A stretch of DNA of 64,000 nt, taken from contig CAYVLZ010000005.1 of assembly GCA_964452525.1 (NCBI GenBank), positions 6,979 through 70,978 of the forward strand, read 5' to 3'. Below the pieces are notes generated by a model that was given only the letters and a program-made list of their open reading frames with translations, ran no database searches and was not told the origin of the DNA. This DNA comes from Candidatus Woesearchaeota archaeon (GTDB taxonomy: Archaea > Nanobdellota > Nanobdellia > SCGC-AAA011-G17 > CAYFGV01). A program made the position numbers and the translations under genes. This document shows, one piece after another, positions 38,230 through 48,044 of this stretch (the first letter of the stretch is position 1; the number at the start of each line of letters is the position of its first letter).

Positions 38230-38709
38230 ATGAAAAAAGCACAGATATTTTCAACGCCATTATTATATATTTTTATTTTAATCGTTATGGCTTTTGTTAT
38301 ATTTTTTGGAGCTAAAGCAATTAAGAACACTACTGAAATTAGTAAAACTGTAGATTATGAAACTTTTATCGACGATGTTCAGGAAAGATTTGATAGTGTT
38401 TCTATTTTGGATTATGGTAGTACAGTTTCTTTAAGAGAGGTATATGTTCCTACGGATGTGAAAGAGGTGTGTTTTGTAGATTCAGAAGAGAGGATTAATA
38501 TTGGTAATGTTAAGGATGAAAAATTGAAAAAAATTATTGATTCTGGTGTTGATGCAGACTTATTTTTTGTTAATGGAAGGGTAACCTATAATAATGTGGG
38601 TAGAGTTTTTGAACTAGAGGAAAATCCTTTATGCGATTCTACTTTTGATGATAGGTTGGATGTTAAGTTGATAAATCAAGGAAATGTTATAAGGGTAGAG
38701 AAAGCTTAA
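38230..38709 (+). CDS. Pilin-like protein, class III signal peptide
   Basis: MKKA/QIFSTPLLYIFILIVM. Confidence 0.75.
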   Translation: MKKAQIFSTPLLYIFILIVMAFVIFFGAKAIKNTTEISKTVDYETFIDDVQERFDSVSILDYGSTVSLREVYVPTDVKEVCFVDSEERINIGNVKDEKLKKIIDSGVDADLFFVNGRVTYNNVGRVFELEENPLCDSTFDDRLDVKLINQGNVIRVEKA

Positions 38710-38734
38710 TATATCAATAAAAAGAAATATTCTT

Positions 38735-39610
38735 ATGAGAAAAGGGCAGGTGCAGTTTAATTGGATTTTTATTTTGGTTGCTGGAGCTATTCTTTTGGCT
38801 TTCTTTGCTGGTTTTATAGTTAAGTACACACAATTACAAGACGATAAGTTAAATGTTCAGGTTGGTATGGGCCTAGATGAGATAATAAGTAATTTAAGAG
38901 GAACTACCCTGTATAAGAATTTGAGTACAGAAGTTCCTTTTAATGTTAATTTTGGTTGTGATGGTTTTTCTATTGGTGAATATCAACAAGATATTGGAAC
39001 GAAAGTTGTTTTTGCTTCTAAGAATATTAGTAGTGATAATGTTTTTACTTGGACTAGAGAATGGAGAGGACCTTTTAGGATTGATAATATGATATATTTT
39101 GTGAATGGAGATTCTAAATATTATTTATCTAACGATCCTTTAAACTTATTACAGGATATGTCAGGACATATCAGAGAAAATTTCGTTGGAATGAATAATG
39201 CAGATATTTTTGTTGTTTTTTCTTTAACAGATTTTAATCATTTTAAACAGAGAGGTAATACTGTTTATATTGAGCCTAGGGAAATCGGAGAAGTTAGGTT
39301 TTATAGAGAAGGTAGAGAGGAAAGAAGTTATCATCTGGGAAAAGAATTTATTTATGGTGCTATTTTTTCAGCTAATTATGATAATTATTATTGTAATGTT
39401 CTAAAATTAGAGGAGAAATATGATAATTTAAGACAAATTTATGCTAAGAAGGCTATGTATTTGGACAGTATTTATCCTGAATGTGATTATAGTACTGTTG
39501 TTTCAGATCTTAATATTGTTTTTGATAGTAATAAATTTGATGTTGTCAGCAATAATTTAGCAAGTGCTAATAGCATTTTATGGGAAAAAGGTTGCGAGGT
39601 GGTATTTTGA
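38735..39610 (+). CDS. Pilin-like protein, class III signal peptide
   Basis: MRKG/QVQFNWIFILVAGAILL. Confidence 0.78.
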   Translation: MRKGQVQFNWIFILVAGAILLAFFAGFIVKYTQLQDDKLNVQVGMGLDEIISNLRGTTLYKNLSTEVPFNVNFGCDGFSIGEYQQDIGTKVVFASKNISSDNVFTWTREWRGPFRIDNMIYFVNGDSKYYLSNDPLNLLQDMSGHIRENFVGMNNADIFVVFSLTDFNHFKQRGNTVYIEPREIGEVRFYREGREERSYHLGKEFIYGAIFSANYDNYYCNVLKLEEKYDNLRQIYAKKAMYLDSIYPECDYSTVVSDLNIVFDSNKFDVVSNNLASANSILWEKGCEVVF

Positions 39611-40056
39611 AGAAAGGGCAATTGCAGATACAGGAAACAATTATTGTTATTTTTGTGTTTACTGTTATATTTGTGATTGGTTTAATGTTTTTTTATAGAT
39701 ATACTGTAAATAGTATAGAGCAGGATATAGAGAGACATAAGGAGGCTAATTTTAGACAGTTAATTGGTTATATTCCCAGTATGCCTGAACTTAAATGTAG
39801 TAGATTTTATGTTGAAGAGGAATGTATTGATGTGGCTAAGATGAATGCTTTTAAGTTTATCTCTGGAGATTATGATTTCGGAGAGATAAAACTTAATGTA
39901 AAAGAAGTATATTTAACAGGTAACGAATGGCAGATTTATGACGGTTCTCCTATGGACTATGAAAATGTTTTAGTTATATCTAGTCCTATTAGTTTATATT
40001 ATCCTGATACAGGTAAATATGGTGTGGGGGTTTTAGAGATATCTAAATATGATTAA
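39607..40056 (+). CDS. Pilin-like protein, class III signal peptide
   Basis: TTG start after GAGGTGG RBS: MKKG/QLQIQETIIVIFVF. Confidence 0.78.
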   Translation: MKKGQLQIQETIIVIFVFTVIFVIGLMFFYRYTVNSIEQDIERHKEANFRQLIGYIPSMPELKCSRFYVEEECIDVAKMNAFKFISGDYDFGEIKLNVKEVYLTGNEWQIYDGSPMDYENVLVISSPISLYYPDTGKYGVGVLEISKYD

Positions 40057-40495
40057 GATGAAAGGGCAAATAGAGACTATGGGTTTGTTAATCATTGTAA
40101 TTTTACTGATATTTATGGCTTTAATTGCTTTAGTTTTCACGAGTAAAACTGAGAGAAATATCGACGAGAGTTTTTATAGTGTAAAAGCGAATAATCTTTT
40201 AAATGCAATACAAAAAGTAAGTGTTTGTGAGGAAAATATTGAAGAAGGAATAGGTAGTTGTTTAGAGGGAAGGGATTTTTGTGGTTCTGATGATGTTTGT
40301 GGTTTGGTTGAGCAGGAAATTAACAAAATAATTGATGTTACTGTCCAAGAGCAGGTTAGGTTTAGCGTAAAAGGGCAATATGGGGCTCCTGTGATTGAGA
40401 TTGGTGATTGTGAAGAGGGGGTTAGTTCTGTTTCTAGTGTTCTGAGAACAGAAGTTGGAAGTTATAATCTTGGTTTGTTGGTTTGTGAAAAATGA
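40049..40495 (+). CDS. Pilin-like protein, class III signal peptide
   Basis: MKG/QIETMGLLIIVILL. Confidence 0.78.
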   Translation: MIKMKGQIETMGLLIIVILLIFMALIALVFTSKTERNIDESFYSVKANNLLNAIQKVSVCEENIEEGIGSCLEGRDFCGSDDVCGLVEQEINKIIDVTVQEQVRFSVKGQYGAPVIEIGDCEEGVSSVSSVLRTEVGSYNLGLLVCEK

Positions 40496-40691
40496 ATATA
40501 GATTTAGCTAATTTGGGCCTTATAGGCCGTGAAAATAAGGAATTCTTGTTTCAAATGTATTTTGTAGTATATAAATATTTATAAACATAATCTATGATTT
40601 AGAACCATATTTAGACGACAGAATCTCAATAATAGTCACTACTAGGAACGTGGATGCTCAAAATATAATAAAATTCGGAGGTGTAAACCAC

Positions 40692-42899
40692 ATGAAAAAG
40701 ATGATTAAAAGTATTGCGGCTCTGGGAGCTGGAGTTGCTATGCTTGGAGCAACATTAGGTGGAGCTTTAGCAGTGAATGATTTAGGAAATTTACCTTCTC
40801 CATTTGTACAAGATAGTGCATTGGTTGATACTGCTATAGTTCTAGGAGAAACAGGTAACGACGCAGCAGCAAGAGACGATATAAATAATTACCTTGGCGG
40901 TTTAGCAACTGCTGGAGGTGTGACTGTTACTGGTGGAGAGGATAAGGATATTCCTCTTAACAACCATTTAGCTAATCCTACATATGGTTGGACGAGTCCA
41001 GTACAGGATCAAGATGTAGATGCTCTACAAGATACAGTGATTGATGTAGATATAGGAGATGTTTCTAATACTTACGATGTACATGATCAGGTGTACTTTG
41101 GAACAGGTATTAGAGTTGAAACTGGTTTGACTATAGGTACTCCAGATGACGATTTTGGTAGTGAACCATTTTTAAAGGTAAACAAAGATTCTGTAAAGTA
41201 TTCTTATGTATTTGATGACTCCATAAAACAAGATAACTATTTTGCGAATACAAGTACAGACGATTCGATAATAATAAGTTTCTTGGGTAATGAACTGGAA
41301 ATTATCGGTTCTGATGCCGCTAATAAATTTACTGCACTGGTTGGTGAAAAAGTTACACTGCAAGTAGATGAAACTTATACGGATCCTGATACTGGTGCTG
41401 TAGTTACATTGGTTGATGTAGCCAGCGGAGGAGCTGTATTTGTAGATGTTGATGGAGAGACGGATACAATCTCAAGTGGACAGTCAAAGCAAATAGGCGG
41501 TACTAAGATTAAAAATCAGAACCAGTTCTATACTGCTGATAGAGAAGATAGAAGAGCAACCTTGGTTATTGGTTCTGATACAACTAAGACGTATACTAGT
41601 GGTGACTATTATATTGGGTCTTCATCAAGTCCTGTTTGTGATGAAACAGATACTAGTGACCCTGACTGTTGGAAATGGGAAATTTCTGGATTGAACACTG
41701 CAACACCTACAATAAACATAACATTTGCAACTACTTTGGATAGTTCGGATGAAGTTATAAGAAAAGGTGACGCATTGAGATTACCAGATGACTTCATTGT
41801 TGTATCTTTGACTGATTATGTTATAAATGATTGGTTAGAGTATGAGTTTGAAGAATGTACAGAGGAACTACACAATAGTACTGGTGGAACTGGTATTGTT
41901 GCTGGTGAAGGGCCTGCAGGAACAACAAGTGAAAAGGCATTGTGCGTTAAAGCACTTGGTGGTACGGATGATGGATTTAAAGTTGGAACAACAGAGACAG
42001 ACGATGTTTTAATATTTGCTAATAACACTTGGGAAGCTGGAACTGGTGATGCTAGAGGTCCTTGGGTATATTATAAGGATCCTAATGATGTTGGTTCTGG
42101 TTGGAAATACAGAGCAAATGATACAGTAGAGCTATTCAACCACAAAGCAGGTAGTGTACTGTACAACCATTCCTTGACGAAAGTTACCATGCAATTTGAT
42201 GACACTAAATTGACAGCTGTAGTGACTACTGATAATGTTACGGATGAAGCTGGTTCCATTGGAGTGGGTTTCCAAATAGATGGTACTGCTGCTAATGACA
42301 TTAACTTTACAGCGAATGTAACGGGTAATGGTATTGAATGGTTGGGTGCTGTTGATGGAGATGCTAAGTCTAAGGATCTTACAGCAAACAATACAGAGAT
42401 AGGTACTTGGGAAGATGATACCATGACATATGATGGTATAAAAATATTTAACCCAGACTCTTATGGAGACTCTGATAAATGGAGAGTAGCTATCCCTGGT
42501 GATGTTGGAACTGACTTTAGAATGACTGTAACTGTATCTGGCGAGTCTACAACAGGAACTACTTCAGCGGCTTTGATGACTGCAGATGATGTAAGTACAC
42601 CATCTGACTACAACTTAATCCTTGTAGGTGGACCATGTGTCAATAGCTTAACTGCTTCATTCTTAGGAGTAGCAGCTAACTCTTGTGGTGATTCCTCTGG
42701 ATTTAACCCAGGAGAAGGTTATGTTGAGCTTATGGACAATGGCAATAAAGTAGCGATGATTGTAGCAGGATGGGAAGTAGACGACACTAGAAGAGCTGCT
42801 AAGGTTGTAGCTAACCCAGGTAGTTTTGACTTGGCAGGCAAGTCTTCAGTAACTGTAACAGGAACATCAACAAGCTTGAACGACATAACAGTTGTTTAA
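40692..42899 (+). CDS. S-layer protein
   Basis: GGAGGTG RBS; MKKMIKSIAALGAGVAMLGATLGGALA..DL..LP.PFV N-terminus; C-terminal NLILVGGPCVN..IVAGW..DDTRRAA typical of archaeal S-layer proteins. Confidence 0.9.
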   Translation: MKKMIKSIAALGAGVAMLGATLGGALAVNDLGNLPSPFVQDSALVDTAIVLGETGNDAAARDDINNYLGGLATAGGVTVTGGEDKDIPLNNHLANPTYGWTSPVQDQDVDALQDTVIDVDIGDVSNTYDVHDQVYFGTGIRVETGLTIGTPDDDFGSEPFLKVNKDSVKYSYVFDDSIKQDNYFANTSTDDSIIISFLGNELEIIGSDAANKFTALVGEKVTLQVDETYTDPDTGAVVTLVDVASGGAVFVDVDGETDTISSGQSKQIGGTKIKNQNQFYTADREDRRATLVIGSDTTKTYTSGDYYIGSSSSPVCDETDTSDPDCWKWEISGLNTATPTINITFATTLDSSDEVIRKGDALRLPDDFIVVSLTDYVINDWLEYEFEECTEELHNSTGGTGIVAGEGPAGTTSEKALCVKALGGTDDGFKVGTTETDDVLIFANNTWEAGTGDARGPWVYYKDPNDVGSGWKYRANDTVELFNHKAGSVLYNHSLTKVTMQFDDTKLTAVVTTDNVTDEAGSIGVGFQIDGTAANDINFTANVTGNGIEWLGAVDGDAKSKDLTANNTEIGTWEDDTMTYDGIKIFNPDSYGDSDKWRVAIPGDVGTDFRMTVTVSGESTTGTTSAALMTADDVSTPSDYNLILVGGPCVNSLTASFLGVAANSCGDSSGFNPGEGYVELMDNGNKVAMIVAGWEVDDTRRAAKVVANPGSFDLAGKSSVTVTGTSTSLNDITVV

Positions 42900-42910
42900 A
42901 TAAACAACTA

Positions 42911-42933
42911 TTTTTCTTTTTCTTTTAATTTTT
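42911..42933 (+). terminator. Oligo-T terminator after the S-layer gene
   Basis: TTTTTCTTTTTCTTTTAATTTTT. Confidence 0.55.
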
Positions 42934-42979
42934 AATCAACCATAGAAAGATTTTTATTTGATTACAATTTACTTTATAT

Positions 42980-43528
42980 ATGAAAGAGACATCTAGTAAA
43001 AAAAATATGTTCTTTGTTCTATTTATAGCACTAATAATGATAACTAGCGTTCTTGGATTTGTGATGAGGGGCGATTCTTCTAATAGTAGTTATGAGTATA
43101 ATGGCTATGATTTCATTAAGGTGGAGGGCAAGTGGGTAATTTATATAGATGATAAGTACTTTTCTTTTGATTATCTTCCCTCTGAAGTAAGTGATGTTGA
43201 TGTAGGTAATTTTGAGTTGGGTTCTGGAAAAATTTATATTGCTTATCTTCCTGCTGAAAAAGATTCCGTTATAGAATATAATATGTTAAGACTGTACGAT
43301 ATTATTCAGTACAGGGGGGTTTTGCCTGTATTTGCTTGTACTGGAGAAGATGGATGTCCTGATATTCCTGTCGTTACTTGTGATAATGAGAATAAAGTTA
43401 TTCGGTTTAAGAAGTTAGATGATTATGGGGTTGCTATTGAAGATAATTGTGTTATTCTTCGGGGTGAGGGAACTGATTTGACTAAAGTAACAGATAGGTT
43501 TATATATCATTTGTTGGGTGTTATGTAA
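42980..43528 (+). CDS. Membrane-anchored hypothetical protein
   Basis: N-terminal TM; C-terminal CVILRG..DRFIYHLLGVM. Confidence 0.7.
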   Translation: MKETSSKKNMFFVLFIALIMITSVLGFVMRGDSSNSSYEYNGYDFIKVEGKWVIYIDDKYFSFDYLPSEVSDVDVGNFELGSGKIYIAYLPAEKDSVIEYNMLRLYDIIQYRGVLPVFACTGEDGCPDIPVVTCDNENKVIRFKKLDDYGVAIEDNCVILRGEGTDLTKVTDRFIYHLLGVM

Positions 43529-43530
43529 AA

Positions 43531-44190
43531 ATGGATAGTAAAGATAGATTCGTTACGGGATTGATATTGTTCTTTGTATTTGTTTTAGCTTTTGTTCTGA
43601 CTTTTGCTTTTTATAGTAGATCAAAAGGTCCTGAAACTTATACTTATTCAGGAAAGGATGGTAAGGAGTATAAGTTTACTATTGATGAAAAGAATGATGT
43701 GACTTTTCATGTATTAAGTATGAGAAGGAATTATGTTGATTATAATATTCCCTTTGAGTTTGGTCCCGCTGAGCTTTCTCATGTATATTTAGAGGAAGAT
43801 ATAGATGATAAGATCTTATATAATGATAATGGAAATAAAAAGAGGGCGATATTTGTCACACAGGATCCTGATCTAGTATCACAGACTAGACAAAGATCTG
43901 TGATTGCTCTGTTGACTATTAGTAGAATTACTGGCCTGGATAACCCCGGGTTTTTTAAAATACCTTCTTACCAAGCTTTTACTGAAACTACGGATGTAAT
44001 AAATGAGAGAGACCATTTTATTAGAACTTGTGAGGATGCATCTTCTTTGAGGGGGGTTGTTCTTTTACGTATAGGTGATGAAAATAGAATATATTCTGAT
44101 GGTTATTGCGTGATTGTTGAAGGTGTGGATGGTGATGGATTAGTTGAGGGAGCTACTAAGTTAGTTTATAATTTGTTAGGAATAGTATAA
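43531..44190 (+). CDS. Membrane-anchored hypothetical protein, paralog of the upstream gene
   Basis: N-terminal TM; C-terminal CVIVEG..KLVYNLLGIV. Confidence 0.7.
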   Translation: MDSKDRFVTGLILFFVFVLAFVLTFAFYSRSKGPETYTYSGKDGKEYKFTIDEKNDVTFHVLSMRRNYVDYNIPFEFGPAELSHVYLEEDIDDKILYNDNGNKKRAIFVTQDPDLVSQTRQRSVIALLTISRITGLDNPGFFKIPSYQAFTETTDVINERDHFIRTCEDASSLRGVVLLRIGDENRIYSDGYCVIVEGVDGDGLVEGATKLVYNLLGIV

Positions 44191-44229
44191 ACAAAAACTT
44201 AAAAAGGGAATTCTTTTACTTCTTAATAT

Positions 44230-44362
44230 GCCGAGGTCGCATAACCTGGTATTGCGCAGAATCTTTTTGAGAAAAAGTTTCATCAAAAAGGTGCGTAAGC
44301 CTTGAATATGCGAGTAAGCCTGTTTCCTTCGGGATATCTGGGTTCGAATCCCAGCCTCGGCG
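44230..44362 (+). tRNA. tRNA-Ser(TGA) with two introns: 44260-44298 (position 29/30, 39 nt) and 44307-44316 (position 37/38, 10 nt); CCA not encoded
   Basis: Spliced form: GCCGAGG TC GCATAACCTGGTATTGC G CAGGC CTTGAAA GCCTG TTTCCTTCGGGATAT CTGGG TTCGAAT CCCAG CCTCGGC G (84 nt). Long variable arm, G73 discriminator. Confidence 0.92.
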
Positions 44363-44370
44363 TTTGTTGT

Positions 44371-45362
44371 TTAGTTATTCTTTTGCATATTGTAAAAGAA
44401 TTCGAAATTGTTATCGGGGGAGGCGTGGTATATATCTAAGTAAGGAGAATATGTTTTAACTTCTACTTTGTTGTCTTCTGGATAAAAGGTCATAATTCTC
44501 AACCATCCGTTTCCACCATTTTCATAGGCTTGATAATTTGATAGGATTTGATGTACTTCGTTGCCTTCTTCTCCCAATGTTTTTAGATAAGCCGTTCCCA
44601 AAGGTTTATCTACATGTCCGCTAAGTACTAAGAATATATTTTTGTTATTTCTTATTAATTCACGCCATATTAGTTCTCCATGGTTTCTGCAAGTAGGTTT
44701 AACTAATGGATCTCCACCATCTATTCTAGTATTGTCGTAATTCATGTACATATGAGTTACAATAATCACTCTTTTATTGATATTTTCTTTTAAAATATTG
44801 TCTGCCCATTCCAAGATTTCATCTCTTGGACAATACTCTAAATGGAAAATTAAGAAATCTTTGTCTTCAATTGAGAATGTTTGATATGTGTTATCTATTG
44901 TATTATCATAACTTCCTCCCCACCAATCTTTTTTATTATAATCTTGTATCTTAAAATATTTGTTGAGGTAATTGGAGTTTCTTCCATCTGTCCAATTAAA
45001 CTCTATGTCATGATTTCCTGGACTTATTGCATAGGGTATGTTGGCTTTATCTAGAATTTCCATGCTTTTTTTGGCTAGTTCCCATTGACTATCGTTGTTA
45101 TAATCTTCTACTATGTCTCCTAGATGGGTGACGAATTTTATATTCAATTTATTTTTATTTTCTGCAATCCATTTTGTTTGTTCAAAAAATATATCTTGAT
45201 TGGATACAGTATATTTCTGGGTGTCTGGTAATACTATTATGGTTGCAGAAGGTTGTAAAATTCTCCTTAATGGGTTTTGGTTAATTAGAACTATGGTTAT
45301 AATTATGAATATTAATATATATATATAAATTTAAAATTATTAGATATCTCCTTTTTTTCCAT
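44371..45362 (-). pseudogene. Membrane-anchored calcineurin-like metallophosphoesterase, frameshifted at a (TA)6 tract
   Basis: The catalytic frame has LPDTQ, HLGDIV, PGNHD, VTH, LSGH but no ATG before the first motif. The ATG at 45362 stops after 16 codons; deleting one TA joins the two frames. Confidence 0.75.
45315..45327. repeat. (TA)6 tract at the frameshift site
   Basis: atatatatatata. Confidence 0.9.
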
Positions 45363-45415
45363 GTTATGAATCAACCAATAAAGTATTTAAATTTATCTTG
45401 TTTAACTATATATAG

Positions 45416-46183
45416 ATGAAACTTGAAAAATATCCGAAAGTCTTGGTTGGTTGTCCAACTTCCAGTCATAAAGAGTATTGTATTGAAGAATATTGGGAGA
45501 GGTTGAAGAATCTTACTTATCCTAATTATGACGTTTTACTGGTGGATAATTCTAAAGATGATGTTTATTTTGAAAAATTGAAAAAGATGAATATTCCTGT
45601 TATTAAATCTAAATATTTTGATTTTGCTAAGGATAGAATTATCTTTTCTAGGAACATCATTAGACAAAAGGTGATTGATGGAGATTATGATTACTTTTTA
45701 AGCCTGGAGCAGGACGTTATTCCTCCTAGAGGATTAATTGAGCGTTTATTATGGAGAAATAAAGATGTTGTTTCTGGATTAGTTTTTCATTTGGTTCCTA
45801 AAGTTGATAAAAATGGAAAAAAATATTTATTACAGATTCCCATGTTGGGAAGAAATGTGGATAATACAGATAAGATTTCTATGTTTCGTACAGAACAGGT
45901 TTTATCTTCTGGTTCTTTGGTGGAGATTGATTATGCTAGTATGGGTTGTTTATTGATTAAAAATAATATTCTCGATAAGATAAAATTTAGATATGAAGAA
46001 TATGGGAGCGATGATGTAGATAATGTGATATGGGATGATTTTTGTTTTTGCAGGGATGCTAGGAAACTAGGATATTCTTTATTCGCTGATCTGGGTGTGA
46101 GATGTAAGCATCAGGTTTTACAAGGGCATACCGTTTCTATTGGTGATGCTTTACATATTAAAAATTTAAAAAGAATTAATTAA
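45416..46183 (+). CDS. GT-A fold glycosyltransferase
   Basis: KVLVGCPT, LVDNS, SRN, LEQDVI, GCLLI, DD..FC..A..GY..D..V.C.H. Confidence 0.85.
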   Translation: MKLEKYPKVLVGCPTSSHKEYCIEEYWERLKNLTYPNYDVLLVDNSKDDVYFEKLKKMNIPVIKSKYFDFAKDRIIFSRNIIRQKVIDGDYDYFLSLEQDVIPPRGLIERLLWRNKDVVSGLVFHLVPKVDKNGKKYLLQIPMLGRNVDNTDKISMFRTEQVLSSGSLVEIDYASMGCLLIKNNILDKIKFRYEEYGSDDVDNVIWDDFCFCRDARKLGYSLFADLGVRCKHQVLQGHTVSIGDALHIKNLKRIN

Positions 46184-46195
46184 AGAAAAAAGAAA

Positions 46196-47845
46196 TTATT
46201 TTTTCTTTTTGCTCATGAAGTAGTAGGCTACTCCAATTACTACTACAGCTATTATTAATATCCATAGCCATATCAAGCTTGTTCCTTCTTCTATTATTTC
46301 GCCTTCTCCTTCACCTTCTTGTCCTGTTGCCATTCCTGTAAATGTTATGTCTGCTTCTCCGTTAGATACGCTGTTTAGAGTTATGCTTAGGTCTTCTGTA
46401 CCGTCCTCATTTACATCTAATTCTCTTGTTTCTCCAGTATTGATTGTTATTTCTTGTGGATTTGGTGATGCTACTGTTAGAGTTACATAACTTTCTCCTA
46501 TTGTCTCAATTTTGAAAGCATGTGTTTCTCCTGCTAATACAAATCTACCACCATCTCCTTGCATTACTTTTTGTGATTTTCCTGTTGTACTTATGGTTCC
46601 TAGATCATGTGTTTCTCCTGTTACTTCATTAAGCAGGTCTTCTACATCTTCCGAGATATCTTCTCCTTCACCTTCACCACCGCTTCCTCCTCCGGTGGTT
46701 TCTGAAGCTGATACATCAAAGTTGTATGTTGAACTATCTGTTGAGTATCCTACTTCGTCTGTTACAGTACATTTTACATCATATTCTCCAATATCATCTA
46801 TTGTTGTTCCGTTGAAGTTTACGGAGCTTGATCCGTTGAAAGTTGTTGTATCGTCTGATGGGTATGTTAGTGTCCATGTGTAGTCTATGCTTGACATATC
46901 ATCGCTACCTTGACAACTATAAGTTATTCCTGATGATGATAATGCGTCTACGGTTGTGTCTGATGGTGCTGTAACTGTTGGTGTTGATGGTGCTGTAGCA
47001 TCTATTGTGAAGTTAAATCCTTGATCGTTTACACCATCTACTATCGAAATATTTCTAGCACTTGTATCATTTACTACTACTAAGAAACTGAAGTTTGTAC
47101 CGTGATCGAACTGTGATGGTGCGAAGGTTGCATTGAATTGTTTTATTGCTCCTGTTGCTGTAGATAGATTAGTTAGATTTACATAGTCATGATGTATACT
47201 ACTGAAGTTTGCAGTTTCTGTTACGTTCCAATATAATTTCGGGGTCACACCAAAAGCAACAGTTTCATTTATGACTACTGTTACGGTAATAGTAGCATTC
47301 TTTAGATATCTTGTACCTTTTAAGTCAGAATCGTTCCAATGTGTACTAACTCCATCACTTACATTTATTTCTATTACTGTGGGCGGACTATTGTCGATGA
47401 TGATGTCATCTAATGTTGTACTGTTTACTGCTACTCTTTGTGCGCTGTAGTTTGTTGCATATACCGTGACATTAATGGTATAATTACCATCTGGGATTAA
47501 TTTTGTGCTGTTCGTATTAAGCATAGAGACAACCCCTTCAGCTCCATCATTGGGTGTAGCAGATTCATTTATCAGTTCTATTCCAGAATCTGTCCATGCT
47601 CCTGCTGTACCATTATCTCTATAGAAGATTGTTGCATTGTAAACAAGATTTGCAGCTCCTGATGCATAAATTTCGGTAAAGTTTCCCGTTACAGATGTAT
47701 TGAAAACATAGGTACCGTTAATAGTACTTGGAGAAGATGGATCTACCCAATTTACTGTTTTAATCTCCGATGCCATAACAAATATTGCTAGAAGCAATAA
47801 GCATATCGTTGGTATTATTAAAGATATATTTGACTTTTTAATCAT
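46196..47845 (-). CDS. Sequon-dense surface glycoprotein with Ig-like domains and C-terminal TM
   Basis: GGGGTGA RBS, signal peptide, IDNSPP/IDATAP Ig boundaries, WLWILIIAVVVIG TM plus KKKK. Confidence 0.8.
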   Translation of the reverse strand: MIKKSNISLIIPTICLLLLAIFVMASEIKTVNWVDPSSPSTINGTYVFNTSVTGNFTEIYASGAANLVYNATIFYRDNGTAGAWTDSGIELINESATPNDGAEGVVSMLNTNSTKLIPDGNYTINVTVYATNYSAQRVAVNSTTLDDIIIDNSPPTVIEINVSDGVSTHWNDSDLKGTRYLKNATITVTVVINETVAFGVTPKLYWNVTETANFSSIHHDYVNLTNLSTATGAIKQFNATFAPSQFDHGTNFSFLVVVNDTSARNISIVDGVNDQGFNFTIDATAPSTPTVTAPSDTTVDALSSSGITYSCQGSDDMSSIDYTWTLTYPSDDTTTFNGSSSVNFNGTTIDDIGEYDVKCTVTDEVGYSTDSSTYNFDVSASETTGGGSGGEGEGEDISEDVEDLLNEVTGETHDLGTISTTGKSQKVMQGDGGRFVLAGETHAFKIETIGESYVTLTVASPNPQEITINTGETRELDVNEDGTEDLSITLNSVSNGEADITFTGMATGQEGEGEGEIIEEGTSLIWLWILIIAVVVIGVAYYFMSKKKK

Positions 47846-48044
47846 GTAGTCTCACCCCTTTATTTTTATAATGAACATAATCTAAACATTAACTACCTAA
47901 TATATAAACCTTTCGAAATTAAAATTTATTGTCTGTAGCTGTTCTCTTCTAAAGATTCTTAAAATCAGTATTTTTAATTGTTTGTCAGTGAAATTAAACA
48001 AAAGGCTTAAATATATGTTAAACCTTGATTCTTGTTGTGACCAT

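Noticed and set aside
44230..44362. Possible selenocysteine or suppressor tRNA
   Set aside because: The anticodon is TGA (reads TCA, Ser), not TCA, and the 7/5 acceptor/T stems are standard.
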